64,000 nt of DNA, from positions 1 to 64,000 of IMG/VR virus record IMGVR_UViG_3300021127_000004. One strand, given 5' to 3'. Each line of letters begins with the position of its first letter. Within the stretch, counting starts at the first letter, position 1. The notes beneath the pieces are model-generated. The model was given only the letters and a program-made list of their open reading frames with translations, had not been told where the DNA came from and ran no database searches. This document shows, piece by piece, positions 46,371 through 57,721 of the stretch. The stretch is from a virus. A program made the translations under genes and the position numbers.

Positions 46371-49300
46371 TTATTTACTATACCCTGTTGCTTCTGCTTT
46401 CTTTTCATCAGTAGGGGCTAGCTTTCTCAATCCAACACCAGCCTCAACCTGTGAAATAACACCTTTGTCAATAGGTCTTAGATTTCCGTTACTATCTTTA
46501 TCAAACCATTCACTAACATTTTCCATAATAGGTACAGATAAGGCACTAAGCGCAATTTCAGACGGATGCAAGATACTCTTATATGGCAATCTTTCTGAAA
46601 CTTCATTTACATCAGACCAAAATGTATTTGATGCTGAATCCAACGCCCCTTTAAGTTTCTTTTTACCTGTCTTACCTGCATAATCATGTTCAAAGGTATA
46701 TACTTGCATAGAATTAACCAATAATGCAACTGAAAGAAATTCGGGTAAGTGATTTAATACTGAACTACCAAACTTGCCAAACCTATGACCATCTATTTCC
46801 CATTGACCAAACTCTAACGGTGTTCCATCTTCGCCGTAAACAACTCGTTTTTTGCCATCTTCATATTGACCACCATATCTTAATTTACCATTAGCATACA
46901 TCGCTCCTGCCGTTAAAAATAACGCTGCCCCAAACAATCCCCTAGACATAATTTTATTTATGTATGCTTTTTTAGCTTCGGGAATATTGTCTGCTGCCGA
47001 TTTGAACTTGTCCCAAACATCATTATACTCTTTCCCTTCTTTCTCATTCAGGTTCATTTGTTTACCTACTTCCCTAAAATAGCTTACCCACCCTTCTGCC
47101 CCTAATGTTGATACATCTATACCATGCTTAACTATATTAACTCCAATTTTAGCTGCTGGTAAAGCAAATTTAAGGAATCCTGAAATAATACGTTTTACAC
47201 GACTATTTTGCGGCTTAGACCATCCTTCTTTTAATTCATTTACCGCCTCTACTAATTGCGTTTTGTCATTAAACTTACCTGAATTATATTCTACATAAGC
47301 CTTATTTAAAGCCCTTTGTCTTGTTACTCCATCTAAATCTTCTCCACGATTTTGATAGTCCTCTAAATACTTATTATAGCTTTCAATTAACGCTCTCCTA
47401 GATGAAGGTGCTTTTAATGCTCCGTGTGTTCTATTCAGGGAACTAAGATAATAGTGTGCCTTATCCGCTCCGTTTACGTCAACAGAACCTATTCTTATAT
47501 TCCCACCCATCATTTCATCAAATTCAGTAGAACCAAATCGTGCTAATTCAATCATATCTATTCCTACATTACCGTGAATAAAACGATATATATTAGCACT
47601 TGCGTTTTCTAATTCTGCTTTTTTGTAATTAAATATTGCATCTTGATATTCTTTTGATGCCTTATACTTACTATATTCATCAGAGTATTTGCCATATTTA
47701 GACTTAATAGCATCTAAATTATCTGAAACCTTTTTAGTGTTTTTTATAGCATCTTCAAAAACAGCCTTTTTGCTATCAGCAAACTTAATGGCTTCTTTAT
47801 CTGACTTAAATTCTATTAGCCCCTTAAACCCTTTGCCTGTTTGAGAAATAGATGTCCTTTCTGATTTCATGCCCGGCAAGAATTTAATTGGATAACCAAA
47901 TATTCTAGTAACAATAAGTGGGTCAACTATCAATTTGCTTAATCCTGAAATACCTACACGACCTTCTGTCTTTAACCCGCCCGTCAAAAATGTGTTCCTC
48001 CACTTTATAAACTTTTGCCATCCTGTTTCATTCTCTAATTCTGCCTTTCTAGTTAAAAATTTAAGACGACCCTTTATCTTTGTTTTCTCTATTTGAGAAT
48101 TAGTCAATAAATTATCTTTCTTATAACTATAAGGGGTTGTTGGTATATCTGTATAGTTTCCAGATTTTATTTTTCTTTGAGTATTCTTTATTTCATTATC
48201 ATATTGCTTTTGAAGCCTTTTTTTAGAAATAGCATCTGCACTTTTTTGCCAATTATCTTCCAAATTAAGCCTTATCTCTTTCAGTTTTTTAGCCAAAGAT
48301 TTATCGCCTACACTATTTTCTAGTTTTTGAATAATGCCATGCGCTTTTTTTGCCGCTTCCCCTAAATCTTGTCCATTATCAATAAGGCTATTATGCAATA
48401 ACCCCAACTCTCTATTTAGATTGTTAAGTAGCATTACATTTTCAAAATCTCCTTTTTCTGCACTTTCAAGTGCTTCATGGGTAATGTCCCCTTGAAACTT
48501 ATTTAAGTCGTCCGAAATACTGCCAATAACAGCCCTTTTAGCATCCACACTATCTTTATCCCCACGCTCACGCTTTAATCCCCTATCAATGTATGATTGG
48601 TTTAAATCTTCCCTTGCTTTATTAAGTTCTTCTATTGAAGCCGACTTTTGTTTTATCTCTTTCCTGAAAATAGTTCCTTCATTATTGACGTGTTCAATTT
48701 CATCATTTATGGCATCTAACTTTTCTTGCCTACGTTGTTTTTCCGCATCCTGCTTCTCTTTTATTTTATCTAAATCAGGCGCAACCTTATCTAACAAATC
48801 CTGCTTTGCTTGCTTTATTTCACGAAGTGTTTTAGTTCGTTCAGAATCTTCTACACTTGCTGTTTTATTATCAATCTTTCTTTGACCTGCATTTATTTGG
48901 TCATTAAGGGAACTAATCTCATTTACCAACGATTGGTTGCGTTTCTTTAATTCCTTTTCATTTGCCCATTGGTCTATTGGTAGTGGGATATACTTATTTT
49001 CTAAATCCAACAAAGATTTTTCAACTTCTTTTAACCTGCTTAATTCAACATCATCCAATGGCTTTTTTTGTTCTTCTAATGCTCTTTTCTTTGCAAGTAT
49101 TTCATTCCTTATTTTCTCAATTGATTTTTTAACCGCATCCTTTGCTGCCTTTAATCGGTCGTAAGGTTGTTTCCTGTCGCTTTCTTCTATTTCTCTTTCT
49201 GCTTGCCTGCGCTCTTTAGTCAAATCGGACAATCTATTATCTAACCCTTTTTCGTATTCTGATTTTATTAATGATTTTTTTGTTTCATCCGTTTCCTCGT

Positions 49301-52300
49301 GCCATTCAACACCTTTCTCTAGTGCCGAAACCTTTAACTCTTTTGATGCAATACGTTTTACTTCTTTTCTTTTTGAAGTAACGTCACTGTCTAGTTTACT
49401 CTTTTTTTCTTTAGCAAATTCACCATCACCCAAATACGCTTCGTTCAGTTGTTGGCGTGTCAAAGAAGGTAACTCCTTTTTCAATTCATTGTAAGCATCG
49501 GACATGACTTTATCGCCATTAGTCCTGCCATCATGTATTATATCTTCTACATAGTCTTTAATCAATCCACTATCAACCATTTCTTTTGTAATGGTATCTG
49601 CGTTTAAAGTTTCTTTAATCGCTTGCAATTTCTTTAATGTTTCTTCTTTCGATGGAAGTTGCGTTTTAGATATTGCACTATTAATCAACTTCATAAAATC
49701 AGCTTCATCAAAATTCTCTTTGAAGTCTTTTTTATATGAATCTATTTTGTCTTTTATAAGTTTAGCCAATTCTTCGCCCTTATCTAATCCATCTGCAATG
49801 TGTTCTAACATATCCGCCAAATGTTCTTTGACGTTAAATCCACTTACTCCTGCCTTATAAGCATCGGGGGCAGCCGACTTACCTAACCCTAGTTTATCTA
49901 AAGTTTCACTTTCCCTAACCTTCTTTGCGAAATCCCTTATACTATCAGTTTTCTTTTTGTTTGCAATCGACTTCTTTTCTGCCGTACCCTCTTTCTTTCC
50001 TTTCTCAAATGCTTCTTTTATTTTTTGTTGCACTTCTTTGTCAGAAAGTTCCGTAATTTCAGTTTTATCTTTTGCAATACGTTCATCTAATTGCTTTTGC
50101 AATTTCTCCATTTCTTTTACATACGGTTCTATCCTTTTTGCATTGTACTTTGATATTTTCTTATCTTTAATTAATTGCTCTAAATCTGAACTAGATTTTG
50201 GTATATCAAAACCAAACATACCACTTTGGATAACTCTGTAAATATCTACTTGCCCCTTTTCATCTTTACTGAAAATACCACCAAACAGTCCTAGTGTTCT
50301 ACCTGCCTTACTGCCCAATGTATTTAGTACTTCTAATGTATCATCTTGCTGTTGCAGTAAATCAGCCATTATTGCTGCCGCATCCGTAATCTCTTTATCC
50401 GTTTCGTGCTTACCGTCTTTTATTGAATCTATTTGTTCGTCTAAATTCATCAAGTGTAATGCCGCCGTAACAACCTTATGTTCATTAAAAGCTAAAGTAC
50501 CTTCTTTTAAGTCTTTATACATTTGGTCAACTTCACTACGAGCAACATCATTAATAGTATTACCTCGCCTACTTGCCGTATCTGCAAGGCTACTTAATGT
50601 TTGCTTTGCTAATTCACCCCACCCTATCTTAATCTTTGCAAACTTTTTACCATACTTTTCAAAAACGCTCGCTTTGTCTATTCGTGTTCCACGTCCGTCT
50701 GCATTTCCTGTTTCTTTGTTGTCAGTGTCATTAGTAGGAGGTACACCACCTTCACTAGATGATGTACCGTCCCCACCAATTACATTGCTTTCTTCATCGC
50801 CTTCTTGGCTACCTTTTTGGCTATCGCCTTTTTGGCGACCTTTTTTACCTCTTTCTTTGCTGCTGCTTTCATCTGTTGATGTTTTTGTTGTTGTGCTGCC
50901 GATATTGGCATTATATTCTGTTGGGGTTTGTTCCCCTACTGTTTCTTCTTTCGGCTCAACGTTAATATTGCCGCTTTTTTCTGTAAATCCGTTAGTGGCT
51001 GCGTACTGTTCCCAATATTCTTTTTCAAGCTGTTCGATTGTATCAAACTGTTGTTCTGCAAGTTTTTGTTGCCCTTCTGTGAGTTTTCTAAATTCATTTT
51101 CTATCGCTTTTGTGGCTATCTCATTGTTTAATGGAAGCCCTGTTAATTTTTCAAATTTGTCTTTTGCACTTTGTGCAACGCTATTTTCTGATTCTTTTAA
51201 TGCGCTACTTTCGCCTTTAGGGAATTTGGTAATAAAGTCAACAATATCTTGTGGGGTTATTTCAGTTCCATAATGGTCGGACATTTCTTTTGCAACCTCG
51301 TCTATACTTCTTGCTTCTTCGCCTTTTTTGCCTTTAAAATAACTATTTATAATGTCGGAATCAATATTATTCCTATCCCCAAAACTTTTAAAGCTATCTT
51401 GAGATATTTTACCAAGACCATATTCTGCTATTTGTCTTTCTTTCGTGTCAATAACTTCCCCTTCGGGCTGTTGCCTAATATAAGTTTCTGCAATTTCTAG
51501 TGGATTATTTGAATTGTCAATTACATATTGGTCTGCTTCTTTCTCGTCTTTAAAAGAAATCCCTTTAGGTTCTTTTGAAACTTCTCCCACATTAAAATTA
51601 TAATTATCTGCCGCCTCGTTTATAACCTTTTTAGATGTTTTTTTACTTACTTCTTTACCCGTATTAATATCAACCACTTTGGCAAACCCGTTCTCGTCAT
51701 AAACTAATTTATTTCTGCCACTTTTTGAAATATACTCTTTTGGTTCTGCAACTTGGCTCTTTTCTTCACTAGGTACAGATAATTCTTCTTTAGTAGGGGT
51801 AGGGGCTTTTTCGGGTACTTCAAGCATACCTTCGGGTATATCTTCTGATTGACTAAATCCTAGTTTATCTTGTGCTTCACTTCTAGGTATTAATTCCCCA
51901 CTATCTGTTTTAAATTGCCCGTTTTCTGTTCTCCATTTTTTACCTTCTGCTGTATCGGGGCTTGGTATTTTTTGACCGTCTGCAATAGCAGCTTCCATTG
52001 CTTCCCCGTGATTAGCACCATAGTATTCTTTCCCATATACTACTATTGTAGGGGTTACTTTACCTTCGGGTATTTCAACTTCTGCACCTTTACCGTTGGT
52101 GGGTGTGACTTTCTCACTTTCGGTTTCTTCGATTGGGGTTTCCTCATTTACTCTTTGTTTTTGTTTTACTAAATAGTTATCGTTTAAAAAATCAACTTTA
52201 GCTTTTTTAGCTGCTAATTGTTCATCGGTTATTTTCCCATTTGAATGTTCTTGTACTGCTTCTTCAAAATCTTTTTTAGCTTGAAACAAATCATTTAAAG

Positions 52301-54878
52301 GCTCTAATGTGTCATTAAATTTTAACCCTTTTTGTATCTTATCATTTTGTTCATTTAAGGCATCAATTCTTTTTTGAATGTCGTTCTTTTCTGCCTCGTT
52401 CTTTGCACTTTCAAGTTTATCTGTTAATACGGATACGGCTGTTTTGTTTGCAACCCAAACTTTCTTTTGCTTATCATCAATAACAAGTCCATCTTCATTA
52501 ATAGCAGCATCTAAAGCCCCCTTAGAAGCCCTTGCCGTATTAAGTATTTTCATTTTTTCATTATAGCCTTGTTCAGTATCTAACCCTTTTTCTAAATTGG
52601 TTTTAAAAACATCTTGCCAACTATCGTGATTAAGTGCTAGGTCGTAAGTGAATGCTTTGAAGGATGAATTTTTAGCTTCTTGGTGTTCTCCAATAGTTTT
52701 TACACCCCCTAATAAAGCCATGCCTATCATTCCATCTACAAAAGACTTTCCTGCTTGGCTTACAATTTTATCAGAAGTCATAGACTTATCCCCCGCTACC
52801 ATTTTAAGCAAGTTGTCTGCTGCCCCAAAAGATGCCATAGTAACAGCCCCTTTAGCTACGTTTGTAGCATACTTGCCAACAAACTTAACTAAGTCTTTTT
52901 TACTACCTTGCAATAACTCATTGGCAACATCTTTAGACATCGTATTGTTAGATAATCCTTCTGCTATTTTAGCAAACTTATCAGTTACTGTTGATGGCAG
53001 TTTTACATAGTGGTCTAGTTCTAAGTATTTGCCTATTTCAGCATTAGTTACAGCCCCTAAAGCAGCATATAAGTGTCTCCCTGCATCATTATCTATAATG
53101 TCATAGCTTTCCTTTAAATGTGGGTCGTAAGAAGGTAACCCAAAAGACAAATAATTACCAACTCTTTCTGTTGCTTGTTTTGACAATCCTGCTGCTTCCG
53201 AAAATTCGCCCCCAACCGATGAAAGCGCAACCATACCTGCAACATTAGCAGTAGTATTTAATATAGTCTTTGGGACTGTAAAAAACCAATTAGCCTTATC
53301 TTTATTTGTTATTTCTGTTTGTGATGGATATAATTCATCTGCCATCTTGCTTGCAGTAATATCTTGTTTTGACCTAAACCCTGTAATATCTCCTAAAGAA
53401 AAACCTAAATTTTTAAAAGGGTCTATAAGAGAACGAAAAGTACTAGCTAGTAAACTATTATCTGCAAAAGATAATTCTTTATCAGTTAATGATTGTGCTA
53501 TATCTTTTGTTTTGGGGTTATCTAAAAAACCTAATTCCCCCATTATTCTTTCCAAATCCCCACTTTGAATACCTAATATTTTCTCTCTAATAGACTTAGT
53601 ATCCGCATCTTTATCTAAACCTTGTTCACTTAGTATCTTAGCATTAACTGCATTTATTATTTTTGATTTTACTAATGCTGGATATTTATAAATTGCATCA
53701 TCATCAACCAAATTATATTTTGCTTGTGCGGCATCAAATTTAATCTTGTCGCCACTTTCATAGGCATCAGACATTTCATCTAGTGCAGACTGCTTCTTAA
53801 CTTTATTATAATCTAATTCTGCATATCCTTTGACACTATTTAAAACTGTTGCGTTATTCTTATCGTTCCCTACTACTTTGTTATAAAGTTGCCCCATAGC
53901 TTCTATCCCACCTAAAACACCAATTGAATGTATTTCGGGGGCGAGTGCTTTTTGAACCATTTGATAACCCGTAGGATTAGTCCTTTGTGCTATTTTTTGT
54001 AATGTAACATCTTTAGGGACACCACTTGCTTCATCTTCTGTAATAGTTTGCTTAACAACGTGGTCTGATATTAATGCTTGATACTGTTTTGATTTAGTCA
54101 AAAAGTCACTTATATCATTTAATATTGGGTCATTAAAATTAGTTGGGACATCTTTAACGGAGGCTTCGTAATCCCATTTAGTATGTGCAATCGTTAAATC
54201 TTTTTTCTTTTTATTTTCCCCCGTCTTTAATGCTTCTAAAAATTGTGCAGACTTTTCAGCACTACTCAACACTTCATCTGTATTGAACGTAGTGCCAAAT
54301 TGTTTATTGTAATCTGAAATAGTGTTATCTAAATCAGACTTTATCTTCTTTCTGTTTTCTTGGTTTTCTAATAATACTCCTGCTTGATTCCCTTTTTTAA
54401 TATAGGCATCAATAACTTTAGGGGATTTCCCCGAACTTGAAGCTAAATGATTAATATCTTCATCATTAACAGTACCATCCATTACTCTCTTTTGTAACCC
54501 CTCAATAGCAGTAGGGTCGTTTGAATAAGGTACTTTATCGGTAGGTATTTCTAATCCACCACTTGTCTTAACTTTTTGTTTTGGGCTAACCCCGTAAAGT
54601 TCGCTCGTAGGTAATTGTGATTGACCATCCGTTGTTGGTTTTTGACCTTGTGAACTTGAAACGTCTGTACCATCTTTTTTTTTTACCGTACTAAATTCAT
54701 CAAAGCTGTAAGCCTTATCGCTAATCATTTTACTTTTTGTAGCGTTAGGCTTAACAGGGTTATTAATGGGTTTATTTGAGGCAATATTGGACTTATCGGA
54801 ACTTCCTTTTTGAAATTCATCGAAGCTATACGCATCGTCACTAATCATTCGCCCGTTACTACTTTTTGATGTTGCCAT
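46371..54878 (-). CDS. giant internal virion/ejection (large polyvalent-like) protein
   Basis: 2835 aa, long coiled coils, Gly/Ala hydrophobic patches, third of three cargo-like genes. Confidence 0.65.
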   Translation of the reverse strand: MATSKSSNGRMISDDAYSFDEFQKGSSDKSNIASNKPINNPVKPNATKSKMISDKAYSFDEFSTVKKKDGTDVSSSQGQKPTTDGQSQLPTSELYGVSPKQKVKTSGGLEIPTDKVPYSNDPTAIEGLQKRVMDGTVNDEDINHLASSSGKSPKVIDAYIKKGNQAGVLLENQENRKKIKSDLDNTISDYNKQFGTTFNTDEVLSSAEKSAQFLEALKTGENKKKKDLTIAHTKWDYEASVKDVPTNFNDPILNDISDFLTKSKQYQALISDHVVKQTITEDEASGVPKDVTLQKIAQRTNPTGYQMVQKALAPEIHSIGVLGGIEAMGQLYNKVVGNDKNNATVLNSVKGYAELDYNKVKKQSALDEMSDAYESGDKIKFDAAQAKYNLVDDDAIYKYPALVKSKIINAVNAKILSEQGLDKDADTKSIREKILGIQSGDLERIMGELGFLDNPKTKDIAQSLTDKELSFADNSLLASTFRSLIDPFKNLGFSLGDITGFRSKQDITASKMADELYPSQTEITNKDKANWFFTVPKTILNTTANVAGMVALSSVGGEFSEAAGLSKQATERVGNYLSFGLPSYDPHLKESYDIIDNDAGRHLYAALGAVTNAEIGKYLELDHYVKLPSTVTDKFAKIAEGLSNNTMSKDVANELLQGSKKDLVKFVGKYATNVAKGAVTMASFGAADNLLKMVAGDKSMTSDKIVSQAGKSFVDGMIGMALLGGVKTIGEHQEAKNSSFKAFTYDLALNHDSWQDVFKTNLEKGLDTEQGYNEKMKILNTARASKGALDAAINEDGLVIDDKQKKVWVANKTAVSVLTDKLESAKNEAEKNDIQKRIDALNEQNDKIQKGLKFNDTLEPLNDLFQAKKDFEEAVQEHSNGKITDEQLAAKKAKVDFLNDNYLVKQKQRVNEETPIEETESEKVTPTNGKGAEVEIPEGKVTPTIVVYGKEYYGANHGEAMEAAIADGQKIPSPDTAEGKKWRTENGQFKTDSGELIPRSEAQDKLGFSQSEDIPEGMLEVPEKAPTPTKEELSVPSEEKSQVAEPKEYISKSGRNKLVYDENGFAKVVDINTGKEVSKKTSKKVINEAADNYNFNVGEVSKEPKGISFKDEKEADQYVIDNSNNPLEIAETYIRQQPEGEVIDTKERQIAEYGLGKISQDSFKSFGDRNNIDSDIINSYFKGKKGEEARSIDEVAKEMSDHYGTEITPQDIVDFITKFPKGESSALKESENSVAQSAKDKFEKLTGLPLNNEIATKAIENEFRKLTEGQQKLAEQQFDTIEQLEKEYWEQYAATNGFTEKSGNINVEPKEETVGEQTPTEYNANIGSTTTKTSTDESSSKERGKKGRQKGDSQKGSQEGDEESNVIGGDGTSSSEGGVPPTNDTDNKETGNADGRGTRIDKASVFEKYGKKFAKIKIGWGELAKQTLSSLADTASRRGNTINDVARSEVDQMYKDLKEGTLAFNEHKVVTAALHLMNLDEQIDSIKDGKHETDKEITDAAAIMADLLQQQDDTLEVLNTLGSKAGRTLGLFGGIFSKDEKGQVDIYRVIQSGMFGFDIPKSSSDLEQLIKDKKISKYNAKRIEPYVKEMEKLQKQLDERIAKDKTEITELSDKEVQQKIKEAFEKGKKEGTAEKKSIANKKKTDSIRDFAKKVRESETLDKLGLGKSAAPDAYKAGVSGFNVKEHLADMLEHIADGLDKGEELAKLIKDKIDSYKKDFKENFDEADFMKLINSAISKTQLPSKEETLKKLQAIKETLNADTITKEMVDSGLIKDYVEDIIHDGRTNGDKVMSDAYNELKKELPSLTRQQLNEAYLGDGEFAKEKKSKLDSDVTSKRKEVKRIASKELKVSALEKGVEWHEETDETKKSLIKSEYEKGLDNRLSDLTKERRQAEREIEESDRKQPYDRLKAAKDAVKKSIEKIRNEILAKKRALEEQKKPLDDVELSRLKEVEKSLLDLENKYIPLPIDQWANEKELKKRNQSLVNEISSLNDQINAGQRKIDNKTASVEDSERTKTLREIKQAKQDLLDKVAPDLDKIKEKQDAEKQRRQEKLDAINDEIEHVNNEGTIFRKEIKQKSASIEELNKAREDLNQSYIDRGLKRERGDKDSVDAKRAVIGSISDDLNKFQGDITHEALESAEKGDFENVMLLNNLNRELGLLHNSLIDNGQDLGEAAKKAHGIIQKLENSVGDKSLAKKLKEIRLNLEDNWQKSADAISKKRLQKQYDNEIKNTQRKIKSGNYTDIPTTPYSYKKDNLLTNSQIEKTKIKGRLKFLTRKAELENETGWQKFIKWRNTFLTGGLKTEGRVGISGLSKLIVDPLIVTRIFGYPIKFLPGMKSERTSISQTGKGFKGLIEFKSDKEAIKFADSKKAVFEDAIKNTKKVSDNLDAIKSKYGKYSDEYSKYKASKEYQDAIFNYKKAELENASANIYRFIHGNVGIDMIELARFGSTEFDEMMGGNIRIGSVDVNGADKAHYYLSSLNRTHGALKAPSSRRALIESYNKYLEDYQNRGEDLDGVTRQRALNKAYVEYNSGKFNDKTQLVEAVNELKEGWSKPQNSRVKRIISGFLKFALPAAKIGVNIVKHGIDVSTLGAEGWVSYFREVGKQMNLNEKEGKEYNDVWDKFKSAADNIPEAKKAYINKIMSRGLFGAALFLTAGAMYANGKLRYGGQYEDGKKRVVYGEDGTPLEFGQWEIDGHRFGKFGSSVLNHLPEFLSVALLVNSMQVYTFEHDYAGKTGKKKLKGALDSASNTFWSDVNEVSERLPYKSILHPSEIALSALSVPIMENVSEWFDKDSNGNLRPIDKGVISQVEAGVGLRKLAPTDEKKAEATGYSK

Positions 54879-54891
54879 TTTTTATTTTAAT

Positions 54892-56943
54892 TTATGGATG
54901 CGCATCCACATCTACATTATCGTTTCCGTCAGATTGTTCTTCACTACTACCACCTTTGTCAATACCACCTCCTATTGCACTTTCGTGTTTTTCATGATTA
55001 TTTAATAAAACAGAACTTGCAAACATAGAACCCATGTTAGCATATACCTTGTTTCCTGCTTTATCCCTGCCTTCAAATACGGGTTCTATTCCGCTATCTT
55101 CGTTTAGTAAAATTTTCTCTTTTACAAATGTATTATAATCCCCGTCATATTTAGGTATTTTTTTGCCATTTGCCCCAATTCCGATTTTGGCATTATCATA
55201 CATTTTATGGAATCGTTCATCATTCCAATCTATTTCTTGACCACTTCTTTTGCTAATTACCTTAAAACCATATTGCGGACCTGCTTTTGTAGTAGCTATT
55301 GGTAAAAATGGAGAAGCTATCGGTTTAGTTCCCATAGTTTCGGTAACAGATTTATCCGCATTTGTCTTTTTAATAACGGGGTAAACTATACCACCTATAT
55401 TTTTATACCCCTCTGGAATACCTGCCGCATCAACCATCATTATGGTACGTTTTGAAGTAGTACCATCAGGCTTAGTAGTTGTTTCAAGAATAGGGTTAAC
55501 ATTATTTACATAGTTAGCTACAATATCACTAACATCTGTTTTTGCCTTACGTTCTGCTTCTGTGTGTTTTTCTTTATCCCAACCTAATCTATCTTCTGCT
55601 TCTTTATGTCTTAAACTTGCAATATAACGCTTAGTAGCATCATCCATATCTTCCTTTCTTCTCTTTTCTGCATCTTCTGTTGCTTTTTCATCAAATACAT
55701 AACCACCTGTTTTAAAGGCTTTTTGTTTTGCTAAAACTTGAAGTGCAGCATATTCGGGTGCAGATACATTAAGATGATATTTACCGTTTGCATCTTTGGT
55801 AGCAAGTATAGGTTTAGGTTTAACACCCGATGCCATTTGCTCTTTAGTCAAAGGAGGCGGTGGATTATTTACATCATAAATATCATAATCTAATTTTCTA
55901 GCACCCTCTACTCCTTGTGTTTCTTGATTATACCTATTAATTGCGCTATAAATATCTGCTACTACTCCTTCTTGTAAATAAGGTGGTATATTTTCAAACA
56001 TTTTTACCCCATCATCAAATTGCTCGTGGTCATTACTTTTAGGGTCTGAATATATTTGTGCTGCCTTATCTATAACAGAATTGTAATCAAATATCTTTTC
56101 GGGTTCTTTTCTGAAAACCCTTCCTGTTTGTGGGTCTGTCTTGTAATCGCTTTCTGTTGAAACTACGGGTTGTCCTACCCCTGATTGAGTTTTTGTTGAA
56201 ATAGTTTTTTTGCCTTTATTATCAACGGTTACTGTTTGGGTTTGTTTGCCTTGTGGTGTTGCCGTTGGGGCTACTTCACCTGTCGGTGTAGTAGTAGTTC
56301 CTTGTGCTTTAGCTGTTATTGTAGGGCTAGTCCAAAAAGAAGCCTCGCTACCACCTAATTTATCTTCTGCATAATTAGGGTTAAAATCTAATGCTTTTTG
56401 ATAAGGGTCAATATTATAACCAAACCCCTTAGACATTTGTTTATCTAAGTGTGCTTGCATTTCTGCTTTTTTAGCGGCATTAGGTTCGTCTGCAATAGCT
56501 TGTTTTTGTTCGTGTATTGTACTGTATCTACTTTGTGCTTCTGTTACTATGTCCGAATATTTAGTATGTGCATTTTGATATTCTTGTAAAGCCTTAGTAT
56601 CGCTAGGCGGGGCGTTTACAAATTTCTCATAAGCATCATTTACTTCTTTTTGAGCCTTTGTTATTATAGGGTTATCGCTATCTAAATGAGTGCCTACTTT
56701 TATTTGCCCTTCTTCAAATAGCTTTCTTTTGTAATCCCTATCCTTTATTTTTTGGTCGAAAATATTTTTATTGGCGTTTACTTGTTGTAAAGCCCACAAC
56801 TCCCCTGCACGATTTATATTTTCAAAATCAGACTTTTGGGGTAATACATTCCCACTCCCCCCTGCACCTAATGCAGCATTACCTTGATATGATTGTAATT
56901 CAGCTAATGAAGCCATTTTGTTTATTATATTATTGACCTCCAA
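54892..56943 (-). CDS. putative internal virion/ejection protein
   Basis: 683 aa hydrophilic helical, between pilot-like and giant genes. Confidence 0.55.
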   Translation of the reverse strand: MEVNNIINKMASLAELQSYQGNAALGAGGSGNVLPQKSDFENINRAGELWALQQVNANKNIFDQKIKDRDYKRKLFEEGQIKVGTHLDSDNPIITKAQKEVNDAYEKFVNAPPSDTKALQEYQNAHTKYSDIVTEAQSRYSTIHEQKQAIADEPNAAKKAEMQAHLDKQMSKGFGYNIDPYQKALDFNPNYAEDKLGGSEASFWTSPTITAKAQGTTTTPTGEVAPTATPQGKQTQTVTVDNKGKKTISTKTQSGVGQPVVSTESDYKTDPQTGRVFRKEPEKIFDYNSVIDKAAQIYSDPKSNDHEQFDDGVKMFENIPPYLQEGVVADIYSAINRYNQETQGVEGARKLDYDIYDVNNPPPPLTKEQMASGVKPKPILATKDANGKYHLNVSAPEYAALQVLAKQKAFKTGGYVFDEKATEDAEKRRKEDMDDATKRYIASLRHKEAEDRLGWDKEKHTEAERKAKTDVSDIVANYVNNVNPILETTTKPDGTTSKRTIMMVDAAGIPEGYKNIGGIVYPVIKKTNADKSVTETMGTKPIASPFLPIATTKAGPQYGFKVISKRSGQEIDWNDERFHKMYDNAKIGIGANGKKIPKYDGDYNTFVKEKILLNEDSGIEPVFEGRDKAGNKVYANMGSMFASSVLLNNHEKHESAIGGGIDKGGSSEEQSDGNDNVDVDAHP

Positions 56944-57718
56944 ACCCTGCTACTTGTACAGGGTCTAAATTAAAATTGTTTGGGGCATAAACGTCACCAC
57001 CGCCTTGACTTTTCCAATCCATAGAATCCGAAACTAATGGTCTACTAGAGGCTACGGGTGTTGTAGGGGCTTGTGCAGGTTGTAAATACTTATTGTAAGA
57101 ATCACTTATTGATTTGCCCCCAAACGCATTTGATAATGCACTACCATAAGTATCTATCCCACTCATTATTAATGCACTATTCTTTTCCCTTGCGGCTGTA
57201 TTAGCCGTCTTTTCGTCTTTCCAAGGGTTTTCTTTATTGATAGCCCATTGCTTGTCTAATTGGTCGTTGTAATATTGGTGGGATTGTACTAAATTATTTA
57301 TCTTAGCCATACGATTGCTTTCCTTTAGCATAGCCAAGTTTTTTAACCCTTCTTCTGCATTACCAAATACACCAGAAACAGTATTAGGTGTTCCGCCACC
57401 TTTTAGTATTGCTGAAAGTGATGCTGCAAAATTCTTATCAACCCCCTCTTTATATGCTTGATTAGCTTCTGCACCCATACCGTTAGATAGGTTACTTTCT
57501 GCCAATGATACGTCTTGACCTGCATAAGGGGAAATGTTATACATAGGTCTCCTTGCATCAATAGCTGCTGCTTGTTTCTTTAGCTTTTTTGCATTTATTA
57601 ATCCATAAATAGCTTCCCCTGCACCAACTACTTGTTGCACTCCTGCACCTGCCGCTTTGCCTATTGCATCGTAAGGCATTGCATCGTATTGTAATATGGG
57701 TAAATAATTATTTTTCAT
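56930..57718 (-). CDS. putative DNA pilot/ejection protein
   Basis: Gly/Ala-rich amphipathic N-terminus then KKLKKQAA..RP.Y; start may be 57679. Confidence 0.55.
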   Translation of the reverse strand: MKNNYLPILQYDAMPYDAIGKAAGAGVQQVVGAGEAIYGLINAKKLKKQAAAIDARRPMYNISPYAGQDVSLAESNLSNGMGAEANQAYKEGVDKNFAASLSAILKGGGTPNTVSGVFGNAEEGLKNLAMLKESNRMAKINNLVQSHQYYNDQLDKQWAINKENPWKDEKTANTAAREKNSALIMSGIDTYGSALSNAFGGKSISDSYNKYLQPAQAPTTPVASSRPLVSDSMDWKSQGGGDVYAPNNFNLDPVQVAGFGGQ

Positions 57719-57721
57719 ATA

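Noticed and set aside
46371-54878. Virion RNA polymerase as in crAss-like phages
   Set aside because: No DxDGD/DxDxD catalytic motif found in the translation
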